A stretch of DNA of 64,000 nt from Octopus sinensis (taxonomy: Eukaryota), in assembly GCF_006345805.1 (NCBI RefSeq), contig NC_043004.1, positions 92,442,001 to 92,506,000 on the forward strand. The letters run 5' to 3'. The notes beneath the pieces were generated by a model that worked only from the letters and a program-made list of their open reading frames with translations, made no database searches and had not been told where the DNA came from. Shown here piece after piece: positions 40,001 through 53,600 of the stretch (positions within the stretch are counted from its first letter, which is position 1; each line of letters starts with the position of its first letter). The position numbers were made by a program, and so were the translations under genes.

Positions 40001-41471
40001 AGTAACGTGCCTATATTAGTAATGTGTATCCAGCTATCTGTCTGTATGTATGTATGTATGTATGTATGTATGTATGTATGTATGTATGTATGTATGTACG
40101 TACGTACGTATGTTTGTATGTATGTATGTATGTATGCATGTATGTATGTGTGTGTGCATGCGTGCGTGTACTGAACGGAGACTACGTATTTAGATATAGT
40201 GCTGATGTAAGAGCTAACAGAATTTATATGAAAGATATATCTATCCTATGATTATAGTTTATAAATTCGAAAGTAATTATATGACAATTATAGCAAATGC
40301 AGCAGGATAAATCAGCATAAATAGACTGACCTTCTAATGTTTGACAGTTGAAGAGTAATCTGTAAAACACGCGAGACATTCGGAGAAATTAAGTAGTTTA
40401 ATTTGCAAGTTGGCAAAGTTGTTACAGCATAGGACAGAGTCCGTTACGCTGCGGGTTCAAATCCTGTTTATGTCAACTTGGATGTTTTTCTTTTTCGGAT
40501 CGCAAAAATACGAGATTAACTCTACTCTCACTCATCCCTTCTCCTCTCCTTCTCTCCCTGTCACGCGCTTGCTTGCGCTATGGTCTGGGTACTCTGCACA
40601 TTGAGAAGGCTCATGGAGAATTATGTACAGCATTCCTTTCTCTTGGAAAAGGATTGAACGAGATAATATTAATCTCTCTTCATAGAGTCATATACTACTG
40701 ACTCTGTGCAAGGAAGGACCGATGTACTGTACTACTGTGCATTACGGAAAGAAAATGAAGGACTTTTAATAGGAAACAACTTTAGATATAACTTTGAGGG
40801 AACAGGCGTGATGGCAAGTTCACTTCACCTAAATGATGGCAGCCACGCGGCAAGTAATTGATACGACGAACGAGTTTCGTTAGATGGTCTGGTCTCTTTC
40901 TATATTCAGTTTTCCTTAAGTTTCATATTCATATGTGGGTGTACATATATCTATATATGTGTGTTTATATATAGACATACATATATACATATGCAGAAAA
41001 ATATACACTTACACATACAAATAAAGTCTTACACAACAAACAAAAAAATACTCACTACATATAACATCAGGAAATTATATAAAACATAACCTATTTGTGA
41101 TAATACATAATAATTTCAAGTTTCATAACATGATTATTCAAACAATCACCAGAGAAAAAACTTGATTGTTTAAAAATCTGAGGCATACATTGGGTTATTA
41201 TTCGAAGGTTCTCGTATTGCATTTTTAAGGGCTAAGTTATTTTCCAAGGGTAGCTAAAGTTTCTAGAAATGAAACACTTCAAAGGTTTAAAGATTTATAG
41301 GGTTCATATAGAAAGTAAATTGCATAGAAAATACGGACAAGGGGGCAACAGGGCATAAAAACTGTTGTATGGAAATGAGTGTAGTAAGTTAACGAGTAGA
41401 CAATACAATGTATTTTTAAATAATACCAATTCAATCATGCTTATTCCTTCAGAAATATAGAAAAGGGGAAT

Positions 41472-41635
41472 AGGCGCAGCAGTGGCTGTGTGGTAAGTAG
41501 TTTGTTTACCAACCACATGGTTCCGGGTTCAGTCCCACTGCGTGGCACCTTGGGCAAGTGTCTTCTACTATAGCCTCGGGCCGACCAAAGCCTTGTTAGT
41601 GGATTTGGTAGACGGAAACTGAAAAGAAGCCCGTC

Positions 41636-41686
<51 letters not shown>

Positions 41687-41914
41687 TGTGCGTGTTTGTG
41701 TGTCTGTGTTTGTTCCCCTAGCATTGCTTGACAACCGATGCTGGTGTGTTTATGTCCCCGTTACTTAGTGGTTCGGCAAAAGAGACCGATAGAATAAGTA
41801 CTGGGCTTACAAAAAGAATAAGTCCCGGGGTCGAGTTGCTCGATTAAAGGCGGTGCACCAGCATGGCCGCAGTCAAATGACTGAAACAAGTAAAAGGTAA
41901 AAGAGTAAAGAGAG
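41472..41914 (+). mobile_element. SINE family A, full length
   Basis: Near-identical to 9561-9995. Confidence 0.9.
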
Positions 41915-42067
41915 AACACAACACAGCTATCCAATTATGCCGGGTATTTAAAATAACATGGCTACAGATTGTAAAGTAAAGTGGAATATCCTCAAGAGAT
42001 GCACACCAAACAGAAACGTGATACTGTTGTCGTTTACACATTACTTAGAAGTTTTTTCACACTCAAA

Positions 42068-42581
42068 TCTATATATATAAAACTGTAGTTGTGTGAGTGT
42101 CTGTCCCCTTCGATTTAGATTCCTAACTACTCCCACATTTTGCGGTGCAGTTTAACCAAATTCGGTATCTTATAGTCGTGATTCATATCAAGCCCGTCTG
42201 AGTATTAGCACGCGTCTACGATGAGTCTACGATTTTAAAAATAATTTAACATCATTTTTTATTCCATTTTAATGCATAAAATGCATCGTATGTCGATGGC
42301 GGCGGAGTTGGCATCCATGGTCACACCTGCACCTGTTTGCTTCTCCCCCTTCTTCCCTCCCTCGTGAAGCTGTGGGGAAGGGAGTGTAAGGAAATCAACG
42401 TCGTAAAGCGTTGTCAAGGAGACCAGCGTTCTTTTAGAACAACGACTTCATGGCTTGAAGACACCAAAACAGAAATGGCTAAGAAAGCCCGAATTGGCAT
42501 CTATAAGGGAAGTAACTCTCTAAAACTGCTTATATAGTTATTTCCCTTACAAACCCGAGCAACGCCGGGCGATACTGCTAG
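42068..42581 (+). mobile_element. Non-autonomous Helitron with an extra internal segment
   Basis: A|TCTATATATATAAAA...cccgagcaacgccggg...CTAG|T; no TSD. Confidence 0.92.
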
Positions 42582-43427
42582 TACTTACATAAATCTGCAA
42601 GCTATATAATGTCAAGTCTGAGATTTACAGAAATGTCGCTACTTCGACAAATTCCTCCTGCACTGAATAACAGTTAATTATTTTCAAAACAAAAACAAAA
42701 AAACTGCACACTTTCTCCGCTTTCCACTTTGGTTTTCAACTCATTAATACATAACCCTGATCTCACTATACTTAATAACAATACACTCTTTGATAATTAC
42801 CAGTCTTTATCTCTCCATTCTGTTTTCCATGTAGCAGCATAAATCGATATTGAATTAATTACTCATCAGTTTTAACACACTAATAGACACCCCTGGTCAC
42901 ACTATATTTTATATTGATATGCTTTTTCATGCTTCGTATTTTTAAATTTATATTTCATCTTTCTATGTTCATATCCATACAGACTTGTTTTGTCTTTTCT
43001 TTTATCTCGTCTTTTTGCCTTCCTTAGATATATATATTTTTATATTCTACACTTTCGACATGTTTTTAACTCCACCACCTCCGCCTTTTCTAACTACAGA
43101 ATGGAAGTAACTTACTCTGAACATACATGTAACAAGTTATACTGCTTTTTAACCCAAAATGTAATTCTAGAAATTCCGCTAACTAATAACCACCGTAAGT
43201 CAGAGATTCTGTAGAAACCAATCCAGTTTGGTGTTTGACGACTGCTCGGGATAAGCTTAGTATGAAACTTGAAGTTTGAACTACATCACTCTGTATGCGT
43301 GTGTGTGTGACTGTGTGTGTGTGTGCGCGCGGGCGTTTGTGTACCAGTTAAGTACACACACCGATGCACATGAGGATAACCCTAACTATTACACATAAAT
43401 AAATGCATACATTCGATTCTATTCATA

Positions 43428-43810
43428 TCTATATATATAAAACTGTAGTTGTGTGAGTGTCTGTCCCCTTCGATTTAGATTCCTAACTACTCCTACATTT
43501 TGCAGTGCAGTTTAACCAAAACCGGGTATCTTATAGTCGTGATTCATATCGAGCCCTTCTGGGTATTAGCGCGCGTCTACGATGAGTCTACGATTTTAAA
43601 AATAATTTGCCATCATTTTTTTCCATTTTTATGCATATTTTTTTAAAGGGAAGTAACTCTCTAAAAATGTCTACGATGAGTCAACGATTTTTAAAAACAT
43701 TTACCATCATATTTTTTCCATTTTTTTGCTATTTTTTGGCTATAACTCTCTAAAAATGCTGTATAGTTATTTCCCTTACAAACCCGAGCAACGCCGGGCG
43801 ATACTGCTAG
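43428..43810 (+). mobile_element. Non-autonomous Helitron
   Basis: Same termini as the 42068 copy, inserted between A and T; carries an internal duplication of gtctacgatgagtc..catcat. Confidence 0.92.
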
Positions 43811-44309
43811 TGCACTATAATCGCAAATGAAACGCTCTTATGTCTCTTTAGTAGGAAAGACATTGTGCTCAAGAAGCAATGACGAGGAGATTGATAGACA
43901 GGAAGAGTTATATTTTTCTGATACGCTGCCAAACTGTGGCTATGATTACAATGTAGAGTGTCAAGTCTTGCAGATTTACTTCTATTGAAGACTTTTGTCT
44001 TTTGTTATAACACAAATAGCCAAAACAGTGAAGCTGAATAATAATCCTGGGATAAGCTTTCGGAAAAGAATATCTGTTTATTGGTAAATAGAGGAAGTTG
44101 CAGCGGATGGCTGATGGAGGAGATAATGGGAGGAGGAGGAAGACGAAGGGAAACAAAAGGGAGAAATATAGTGAAACAGAAAAGGAGCCATTTTTAAAGT
44201 ACCGGATTTCTTCGACATTCTCTTCTCTAAGCGGTAGACTATAAAAGAATTATGCGCGCGCGCGCGTGTGTGTAGGTGCGTGTATGGGTGTGTGTGTGGT
44301 GTGTGTGTG

Positions 44310-44340
<31 letters not shown>

Positions 44341-44581
44341 AGAGTGACACGCTCAGGACGACTGACTAATTCGGTGTATGTTTGTGTATTCTTTTACGTT
44401 CTTTTGCACTTGCTTCAGTCATAGGACTCTAACTCGAAACTGCTTTGAACATGTGTGTGTGTGTGTGTATGTGTATAAGTGTGTGCGTGCGTGTGCGTGT
44501 GCGTGTGTGTGCATCCGGGTACGTATGTGTGTGTACACGTGTGTTAGAGAGAGAAAGACAGACACACAAAGGGAGAGGAAG

Positions 44582-44867
<286 letters not shown>

Positions 44868-45657
44868 GTGTGTGTGTGTGTGTGTATTCATCCGGCACTG
44901 AGAATGCACCCCATCGCTGTTCTGATAAAACATAACGTCAGACTGAGTAGCGAGAGGGAAAATCGTTAGCTAGCTTCGGACTAAAATAAACTCTACTACA
45001 TCTATTGGGCAATCTGTCTCCTGTTAATTCTTCTGCAGAAAACAAAAGTTGATTAGTAGCACAGCGGAGATAACAATTACATAATAATTATATTTTCATA
45101 TATGCGAACGTTTATTTATACATAGAGAATGATATAAAAATAGTCGATCAAAATAATGTTCAACAAATAGTTTACGTTACAAAGAACGGTAGTTCAGGCG
45201 TTAGAACCAAAAAAAAACATAATGTATAAATACGTTATTAAAAAATGAATGCATACACAGAAATGTTTGTATATTAATGTTTATTACGTGGTATGGAAAA
45301 GGTGAGTTACGGCTCTTTTTAGAGCAGCATGAAAAAATGGAGTAAAAAATAGATACACTTTTACGGGTACTGACAGAAATAATATACTACTTTGTGTATT
45401 TGTTCAGCTATTGATGCATCATGTATTGTGACTAGCTGAAAGAACTTAAAGAACAAGTTCTGTTGGAAGCAGAGATTCTATTATTGCCATAGACAAAGAA
45501 GGATAGCGTGTGGGTATAAGATGCGATGGCTTGTAATAACCGTCTCAGCTACGATTGCTTGTTATAGTAATATGCGTCCGATCATAGTTTAGTATTCCAG
45601 CAACTTGTCGGAATTAGTTTAATTTTTTCCAAGAAGATGAAGGATGTGCAAGCAGTA

Positions 45658-45877
45658 TACGAGGGGATGCTTGAAAGTTTCTGGCATTGGGTAAAAGAAA
45701 ATACAAGGGGATCAGTTGATTATGATCTTATTTAACATACTCCCTTCTCAGATTGACACACAAATTGCAGTAGTCCTTCAGTTTTTCTAAGCTTTATAAT
45801 GAAATCGGGAGGTTGGGCCTCGAACCATGTCTTTCGCGATATCCAAAAAGCCAGGAACTTTTCAGCACTCATTCGTA
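45658..45877 (-). mobile_element. mariner-derived MITE
   Basis: TA|cgaggggatgcttgaaagtttctggc ... gccaggaacttttcagcactcattcg|TA terminal inverted repeats. Confidence 0.8.
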
Positions 45878-47031
45878 ATTCGAAATGAGCAGTGGTTAGG
45901 TGTTGCTTACTGCAAAGCAAGATCGATAGTTGTTATAGATGTGACTGGTGTGTGAACTGCCGGAGAAAGCTGTTGTATCGGGGCTGATACATGAACTACA
46001 TGGCTATAGAGCAAGCCCCGGCATGGTTGATGTTTGCTCCACTAAAAACATGACCACCTGTAGGTCAAAGAGTAAAGAAGCTAATGGCATTGATGAAAGA
46101 CACGGCGGCGAAACGCCAGTTGGAAGAGCTGGAAGAGTAAATAGAACTTTTTCAAATATTTTGCTCTCAGAAATAAGAGTAAATTCCTATCTTGTTTAAC
46201 CTTGATCTTGGCTTTCAAAGCTGAATGGATACGGAATATTCGATTGCGAAATTGGAAGGTTTGATTCCACGTCAGATAACTGTATCACCAAACAATCTTC
46301 ATTTATACAAGCGCAATTGCATAGTGTTAGTGGCAAAACTTTTTCTAAACAATGTAATCAGTGGCTTTCTCTGGTACCATACTAACAAATTAGTTGACAT
46401 AATACTGCAGCTAATGAACGTGCAGGCGCGCCCTTGTTGATATTCAGATAAATATTTGCAAAATCAAATATATAGGATGCGTGTCCAAACAAATCACACG
46501 ATACGGATATAGTTTTTTTATATATATAATGTTATATTATATATACATATATGTACCTATGTATGTATGCATATGCATATATATATATATATAACCAATA
46601 AAACATAAACAAATGACAGTTGTTATCACGTCTGCAACAAAAATAGTTGGATTGACGTGATCTGGTTTCGAATATAATTTATCCCATCTAGGTACTTTGT
46701 TCCAACCTAAGTAAACTATTCTTATGCTCATGGAGGGTATAAAACTCATAAATATTTATAGCCACTAGATATAGCGATATGTGTAAATCTCTTAGTATGG
46801 TTTGCATAATTTATGGTTTTAACTAGCTTCTAATTCAATTAATTATTTGCTTTTAATTATTATCTAAATAGATTCGGAGTCAATCACCGTTTTCCTTTTT
46901 TCTTTCCGCAGAAAACATAACAATAACTATTTGCTTGTGTTTGTTAAAGCTCACACTGTGACGGCTTAAAATGCTAGATCTCTTTGTATCAAAGTTCCAT
47001 GGCATTTTTACATTCGCGCTTTCTAACACTA

Positions 47032-47424
47032 TAGGATAGGAAGCACTCCGTCGGTTACGACGATGAGGGTTCCGGTTGATCCGAATCAACGGAACAGCCT
47101 GCTCGTGAAATTAACGTGTAAGTGGCTGTGCACTCCACAGACACGTGCACCCTTAACGTAGTTCTCGGGGATATTCAGCGTGACACAGAGAGTGACAAGG
47201 CCGGCCCCTTGAAATACAGGTACAACAGAAACAGGAAGTAAGAGTGAGAGAAAGTTGTGGTGAAAGAGTGCAGCAGGGATCACCACCATCCCCTGCCGGA
47301 GCCTCGTGGAACTTTTAGGTGTTTTCACTCAATAAACACTCACAACGCCTTGTCTGGGAATCGAAACCGCGATCCTATGACCGCGAGTCCGCTGCCCTAA
47401 CCACTGGGCCATTGCGCCTCCACT
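47032..47424 (-). mobile_element. Full-length SINE family D with 12-bp TSD
   Basis: Minus-strand head gtggaggcgcaatggcccagtggttagggc...gtttcgattcc; TSD tttctaacacta at 47020-47031 and 47425-47436. Confidence 0.92.
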
Positions 47425-47591
47425 TTTCTAACACTAGTGATCATGACTAACAAAGATACCCATGGTTAACAAGAATGATCAACAGAAACACAAACAGATA
47501 CATCCAAAAATTAACAAGGACCTTTAAAACCAACAAGAATATTCAGTGTTAACAAATTTTCCGCGAGAAACCCAAGCATACTTACAAATAC

Positions 47592-47972
47592 AAGGCGCAG
47601 GAGTGGCTGTGTGGTTCCGGGTTCAGTCCCACAGCGTGGCATCTTGGGCAAGTGTCTTCTACTATAGCCCCGGGCCGACTAATGCCTTGTGAGTGGATTT
47701 GGTAGACGGAAACTGAAAGAAGCCTGTCGTATATATGTATATATATGTGTGTGTGTATATGTGTTTGTGTGTCTGTGTTTGTCTCCCTAGCATTGCTTGA
47801 CAACCGATGCTGGTGTGTTTACGTCCCCGTCACTTAGCGGTTAGGCAAAAGAGACCGATAGAATAAGTACTGGGCTTACAAAGAATAAGTCCCGGGGTCG
47901 ATTTGCTCGACTAAAGGTGGTGCTCCAGCATGGCCGCAGTCAAATGACTGAAACAAGTAAAAGAGAAAAAGA
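47592..47972 (+). mobile_element. SINE family A
   Basis: Matches 20481-20875, with a short deletion in the head. Confidence 0.9.
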
Positions 47973-47995
47973 GAATTGTTATTACCTGGCACGTG

Positions 47996-48216
47996 TACGA
48001 GGGCAGCTGAAAAGTTACTGGCTTTGGGTAAAAGTAAATACAGAAGGATCAACTAATTTTGATTTTATTCAACTTATTTCCCGCTCAGATTCATACACCT
48101 ATTGCAGTGGTCGTTCAGTTTTTCTATGTCCTTTAAAAAGAACTCGGAAGATTGGACCACCAACCAAGCCTTTTGCGACACCTTTAAAACCCGGAACTTT
48201 TCAGTACTTACTCATA
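47996..48216 (-). mobile_element. mariner-derived MITE
   Basis: Homologous to 45658-45877 with the same TIRs. Confidence 0.8.
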
Positions 48217-48249
48217 TATATATTTATCGTTTTAACTATTTTTTAAAAT

Positions 48250-48450
48250 CTTTTACTTGTTTCAATCATTAGACCGTGGCCATGCTGCAACACCAACTTG
48301 AAAGGTTTTAGTCAAACAGATTGACACACCAGTAATTATTTTTTAAAGTCTGTTACATATTCTATCGGTTCTTTTGCCGAACCGTTACGTTAAGGGGGGG
48401 GGGGGTAAACAAACCAACTCTGGTTGTCAAGCGGTGAGGGGCACAAACAC
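48250..48450 (-). mobile_element. 3' half of SINE family A
   Basis: ttttacttgtttcaatcatt...ttttgccgaaccg...ggttgtcaagc is the reverse complement of the A tail. Confidence 0.75.
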
Positions 48451-48611
48451 ATACATATACGCGCACGCACGCACACGCACGTATATATATAGATGTATGT
48501 ATATATGTATGTATGTGTATATATATATATATGTATGTATATATGTATGCGTGTGTATATATATATATGTGTGTGTGAGTGTGTGTGAGTGTGTGTGTGT
48601 TTGTGTGTGTG

Positions 48612-49230
48612 TACAGGGTACGGTGAATATATTGTCGTCTAGATTACGCAAAAATGAAAATAAAACTGACATCTGATATTAACAGATATATTTACCAAGA
48701 TGACATTGAAATATCTTGAAATACTAAAGAATATGAAATCACTATTGGCTTCAACCACGGCCTCCAGATGACTTCGGAATCTTCTGCAATTCTTCTGGGT
48801 GGTCTCCTTCTTTAATATGGTGAGTGCTGCCATAATCGTTTCCTTCAGGTCATCTTTGATGTTACAAAGAGTTTTGTTGGTCTCTCAATCATCTGCGCCC
48901 CATACATAAGAATCAAGGGAGCTGCAATCAGGAGAGTTCGGTGGCCAGATGTTAGGATCAATGTGGTCTTAGAAACTGTCTGACAGCCATGACTGAGTTC
49001 TCATACTTGTGTGGCATGGTGCAGAGTCTTGTTGCCAGATATAAGATCTTCCAGCAGCCACCTACTTGATTCAGGGCAGCACTACCTCCTCCAGGCACTT
49101 TATGTAGGCCTCCATGTTGAGTCTGAAACCGCGTGGGAAAATGAATGGAGGCATAACGTCGCCATCACTAGCGATCACAACAAACACCATGATGCTGACT
49201 GAATGTTTGATTTTTATCACTCTCGGTACA
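48612..49230 (-). mobile_element. Tc1/mariner superfamily DD37D (maT-type) transposase relic with one terminus
   Basis: IMVFVVIASDGDVMPPFIFP..YIWQQDSAPCHTS..IWPPNSPDCSSLDSYVWG..CRRFRSHLEAVVEAN; 37 codons between the 2nd and 3rd D; TA|CAGGGT end; in-frame stops. Confidence 0.88.
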
Positions 49231-49278
49231 TGTTCTTAAATTGCATTGTCCTCAGATTGACACCCAAACACTCTGAAA

Positions 49279-49670
49279 AAGGCGACGAGCTGGCAGAAAC
49301 GTTAGCGCGCCGGGTGAAATGCTTAGCGGTATTTCGTCTGCCGCTACGTTCTGAGTTCAAATTCCGCCATGGTCGACTTTGCTTTCATCCTTTCCGGGTC
49401 GATTAAATAAGTACCAGTCACACACTGGGGTCGATATAATCGACTTAATCCGTTTGTCTGTCCTTGTTTGTCCTCTCTGTGTTTAGCCCCTTGTGGGTAG
49501 TAAAAAAATAGGTATTTCCCCTGTATTTACGTTCTGAGTTCAAATTCCGTGGAGGTCGACATTCATCCTTTTGGGGTCGATAAATTAAGTACCACTTGCA
49601 TTCTGGGATCGGTCTAATCGACTGGCCCCCTCCCCCAAAATTTCGCGCCTTGTGTCTAGAGTATAAAAAA
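49279..49670 (+). mobile_element. Two tandem SINE B copies
   Basis: Full copy 49279-49510 followed by a 5'-truncated variant. Confidence 0.85.
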
Positions 49671-49684
49671 ATTATTTTACGTAC

Positions 49685-49995
49685 AAGTAGTCAGAGCATC
49701 GGACGCACAATGATGAGGTTGTGGGTTCAGTTCCTGGACCGGACTGTGTGTTGTGTTTATTTTACGTTGCTCCAGTTCATTCAGCTGTGAGAATGAGGCG
49801 ACGTCACTGGCGCCAAGTTGTAGTGCCCTTTGCATTTCCCTTGGGCAACATCGGTGACGTGGAGAGGGGAGGCTGGTATGCATAGGCGACTGCTGGTCCT
49901 CCACAAACAACCTTGCCAAGACTTGTGCCTTGGAGGGAAACTTTCTAGGTGCAGTCCCATGGTTATTCATGACCGGAGGGGTGTGGTCTTTATAC
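49685..49995 (+). mobile_element. SINE family C with CR1-type tail
   Basis: Matches 3607-3939. Confidence 0.85.
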
Positions 49996-50742
49996 TTTGC
50001 AGGGTCTACTGCCGTACATCCTGATACGGGATTATATATCATCTCAAGAAACTCTCAACACACGACATGTTATCTATATTACATCTATATTATAGACTTA
50101 TATAATATCTGTATTGTAGCGATGTTCTTTTTAGTGTATCGCATGGCAATGGCCTGTTCCTGTATCATGAATGTTGATACTTCTTGCTCTATTCAGACAA
50201 GATTCGCTCAACGAAGCCAACGAGATAAAATTATATTTATGTATAGGCTATTCAGTTCACTAAAATATTAAAAAATATTAACCATTTAAGGCTTAGATTT
50301 ATGGCTGCTCGCGACCTTTAACATATATATACCGTAAGTATATCGTTTTTTTGCTGATTTTTTTAATTGCTCGAAATAAACCGATTTGTTATGAGAATTT
50401 TATCGCTATGGGTGTAATGGATTTGCTTACTTTATTCTATCATTGTCAATAAAGGCATGTAGAAGGCTTTGCTGTGAGTTAGGGAAGGCAGTGGGTAAAA
50501 TTAAAGACCACCTTGTTATATTGCTCCCACACGTTCAATAGTTTCTACCACTCTCTCTTCTAGAGATGAACAGTCACTGAGCGTCGGACTTATTGTAACA
50601 TATAGTACTTTTAATAGATTTCTCTGAAGTTTGTTCTGTTAATCCCCAGTCAAATACCATAAAACCCATTGTAGCTGGCACTGCAAATACGAGAACACTC
50701 ATACATAGATTTTAATATTTTCTATTTCATTCTCGACAGACA

Positions 50743-50780
<38 letters not shown>

Positions 50781-51167
50781 CCTTTCTTTTTCCATACATA
50801 CACGCTCACGCGCGCATACACATATTCACACACACACACACACACATGTGCACGTACACATGTCTAAGCCCAAATACTTCTAGCTTGCGGAATTTTCCAG
50901 GCCCCGTGTTATCTCACATAGTGTTATTGAATATACTACTGAAATATATCAGCGACATCAAATACATAAAAATAAAGATCCCAATCCGAACTTCTTGGAC
51001 TGTAACTGGACAATAAGTTGGTAGCGTCTCGCAGCTTGTATCGTGTGTATGTTTGTGTGTGTATGTGTGTATATACACACATATATATATATAATATAGG
51101 ATAGAATTTTTTGAGAAAAATTCTATCAATGGCCATCATATTAAAAAATACCTTTAAAGGTTAAATT

Positions 51168-51567
51168 TATAAACAATTTATAAGTAAGGGCAAAAGAAAA
51201 AAAATTCTAATGCCAAAATATACCGAAAATCGACACTACGTCAATAACCATGTAATTTATCACAAGGTCGTGTTTCAAAGAAAGCCGACAGAAATTTCTA
51301 AAAATTGTGCTCGTGGTTTAGTACTCTCAAGTAAGTATTTCACTTATTTCTTTACCGCATTTACCACTGATGAAGAGAAGGTTCTTCTGAACTAACTCTG
51401 AAATTGGGTCCGATATGGTAAAAACGGAATTTTTTAGAAATTTCTATCGGCTTTCTTTGAAACACCTGCTTGTGATAAATTACATGGTTATTAACGTTAT
51501 GTCTATTTTCGGCATATTTTGGCATTACAAATTTTTTTCTTTTGTCCTTACTCATAAATTGTTTATA
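51168..51567 (+). mobile_element. Inverted-repeat element (~140-bp arms) enclosing a hammerhead; PLE inverted-pLTR-like
   Basis: 51168-51306 is the reverse complement of 51428-51567; explains the paired MPKY.ENRH ORFs. Confidence 0.75.
51360..51422 (+). ncRNA. Type I hammerhead ribozyme with intact core
   Basis: UUUACCA-CUGAUGA-AGAG..CUCU-GAAA-UUGG(GU)CCGA-UA-UGGUAAA; 7-bp helix I; AUA cleavage triplet. Confidence 0.75.
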
Positions 51568-51574
51568 TATATTT

Positions 51575-51713
51575 TCTGCTATAGGCACAAGGCATGAAAT
51601 TTGGTGGGGAGCGACTAATCGTATATATCGACGTCAGTATTTCACTAGCACTTACTTTATAAACCCCGAAAGTATGAAAAACAAAGTTGACATCGGCGGA
51701 CGAAACCCGGCTG

Positions 51714-51766
<53 letters not shown>

Positions 51767-51915
51767 CAGAATTCTTTCAATTTCCATCTATCAAATGCAC
51801 TCACAAGGCTTTAGTCAGCCCGAGTCAATAACCCAAGATGCCACGCAGTAGGACTGAACTCGTAACCATGTGGTTGGGAAGCAAGCTTTTTACCACACAG
51901 CCACTTCTGCGCCTA
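51575..51915 (-). mobile_element. Partial SINE B (51575-51710) and 5' half of SINE A (51765-51915)
   Basis: Reverse-complement matches to the B tail and the A head. Confidence 0.75.
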
Positions 51916-52539
51916 TATAAAGAAGACGCTTTGCAAGAGGCTATTGTAACAAAGACTTAAGCAAGACGTTGCGAAATAAGATCGAATCCGTTACCACATA
52001 GTTTCATTGGAACTTCTTAATTTCACAATCATACCTGAATGCATTACGTTATGCCTTTCGGATAGATATGATAAATTCACCATCACAGGATCTGTACAAA
52101 CGGAATGAAAACCACATCATCATTGCGTCTGAGAGAATGCTAATTAGAGGAAAATTGTTACGTAAGAATATTTTGGTATCAATTTAAATGATTTTTGGCA
52201 AAAATATCTTCAGTGCAGAAACAGCGTCCATGTAATATAGAAATATAATTTGGAACTACAACAAGTAATTACTATACATACGAATATATGTGCATGTTTG
52301 TGTGAACGTATGAATATATATTTAATTATTCTATGTATGCATGTATGTATGTATGTATATATGTATGTGTGTGTAAGGAAAGAAAGAAAGCAAGCGAGTG
52401 TGGGAAAGAAGGCTACACACGTACATAGTAACATATTTACTCCTATGCAGCCATATTTGCATGTGTACACATTAATACATGTTTGTGTGCATGTGTATAT
52501 ATAAATAGATATAGACATGTATGTATATATACATCTATA

Positions 52540-52577
<38 letters not shown>

Positions 52578-52586
52578 CATACATAC

Positions 52587-52656
<70 letters not shown>

Positions 52657-53467
52657 TGTGCAAGCACATATATAAACAAGTATATGGTGAGATGAGAAGG
52701 TTGAGAAGTAGAAACATGAATAGAAATAGTATATGTTACTTGTGCAACAGAGTTAAGCAGAAAGAGAGATTCTTAGATAGACATACCGACTGGGCGTGTA
52801 TATGCGAATACATATATATATATATATATATAGGTATATATATATGTGTGTGTGTGTGTGCGTCAGAGTGCATGTGAGAGAGGTGTATATTCATCACGGC
52901 TACGTTTCACGAAACTTTTAAATACTTTCTGAATGTCCCTAATTGACATTATTTCCTGCATGTAGCCCATCGTCATTAATTTAATCGATCCTGCTATATT
53001 ATTTGGTGTTATAATTATAACCTACCACTATTCCTAAGATCTCTATCTGCTCGGTGAATGTATATTATTGTAATGTATACCTGCCTGTGGTGTGTATAAC
53101 TATGTAGGATGTGTTTATGGATGTGTATGCGTGTATGAGAATATCTATGCATATGTGAATATGTCTGTCTATAAGTGCGTGTGTGTGTATGTTTGTCAGT
53201 GTTTGCATGTGTGTATGTGTGTGTGAGACTGTGGGTGGGTGTGTGGTGCGTGTGGGTGTGATGAAAAGCCTCATCATGTATGCAAACAGGAGCCGAGTTA
53301 TGCTGCTATTAACAAGTTTCGTGCATGCGCAAGTGAATCTATATTTGTAATTTTGTCGTCGCTTTTTGCACTTGCCGTTCATTTTATTAATCTAAGAACA
53401 GTAAAATCGACAAAAACAACGACAACAACAACATAAACAATAACAATAACAATGATAATAATAATTT

Positions 53468-53600
53468 TTTCCGCCTAGGTCGGCTTAGTCTTTCATCTTT
53501 TCAGGGTGGATTACATTAGGACTGTTAGTTTATTTTATTGACCTTGAAAGGATGAAAGGCAAAGTCAACCTCTGTCGTATTTGAACTCAGAAAGTAAAGA
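53468..53600. mobile_element. Two SINE B fragments, tail-to-tail
   Basis: tctttcatcttttcaggg ... ccttgaaaggatgaaaggc inverted pair. Confidence 0.65.

Noticed and set aside
47350-47424. tRNA-like sequences (also near 506, 2545, 3607, 23445, 59995)
   Set aside because: SINE heads: they continue into shared cores and tails, some have TSDs, and I see no complete cloverleaf.
51210-51588. Two similar small ORFs on opposite strands as duplicated genes
   Set aside because: They arise from the arms of the inverted repeat.
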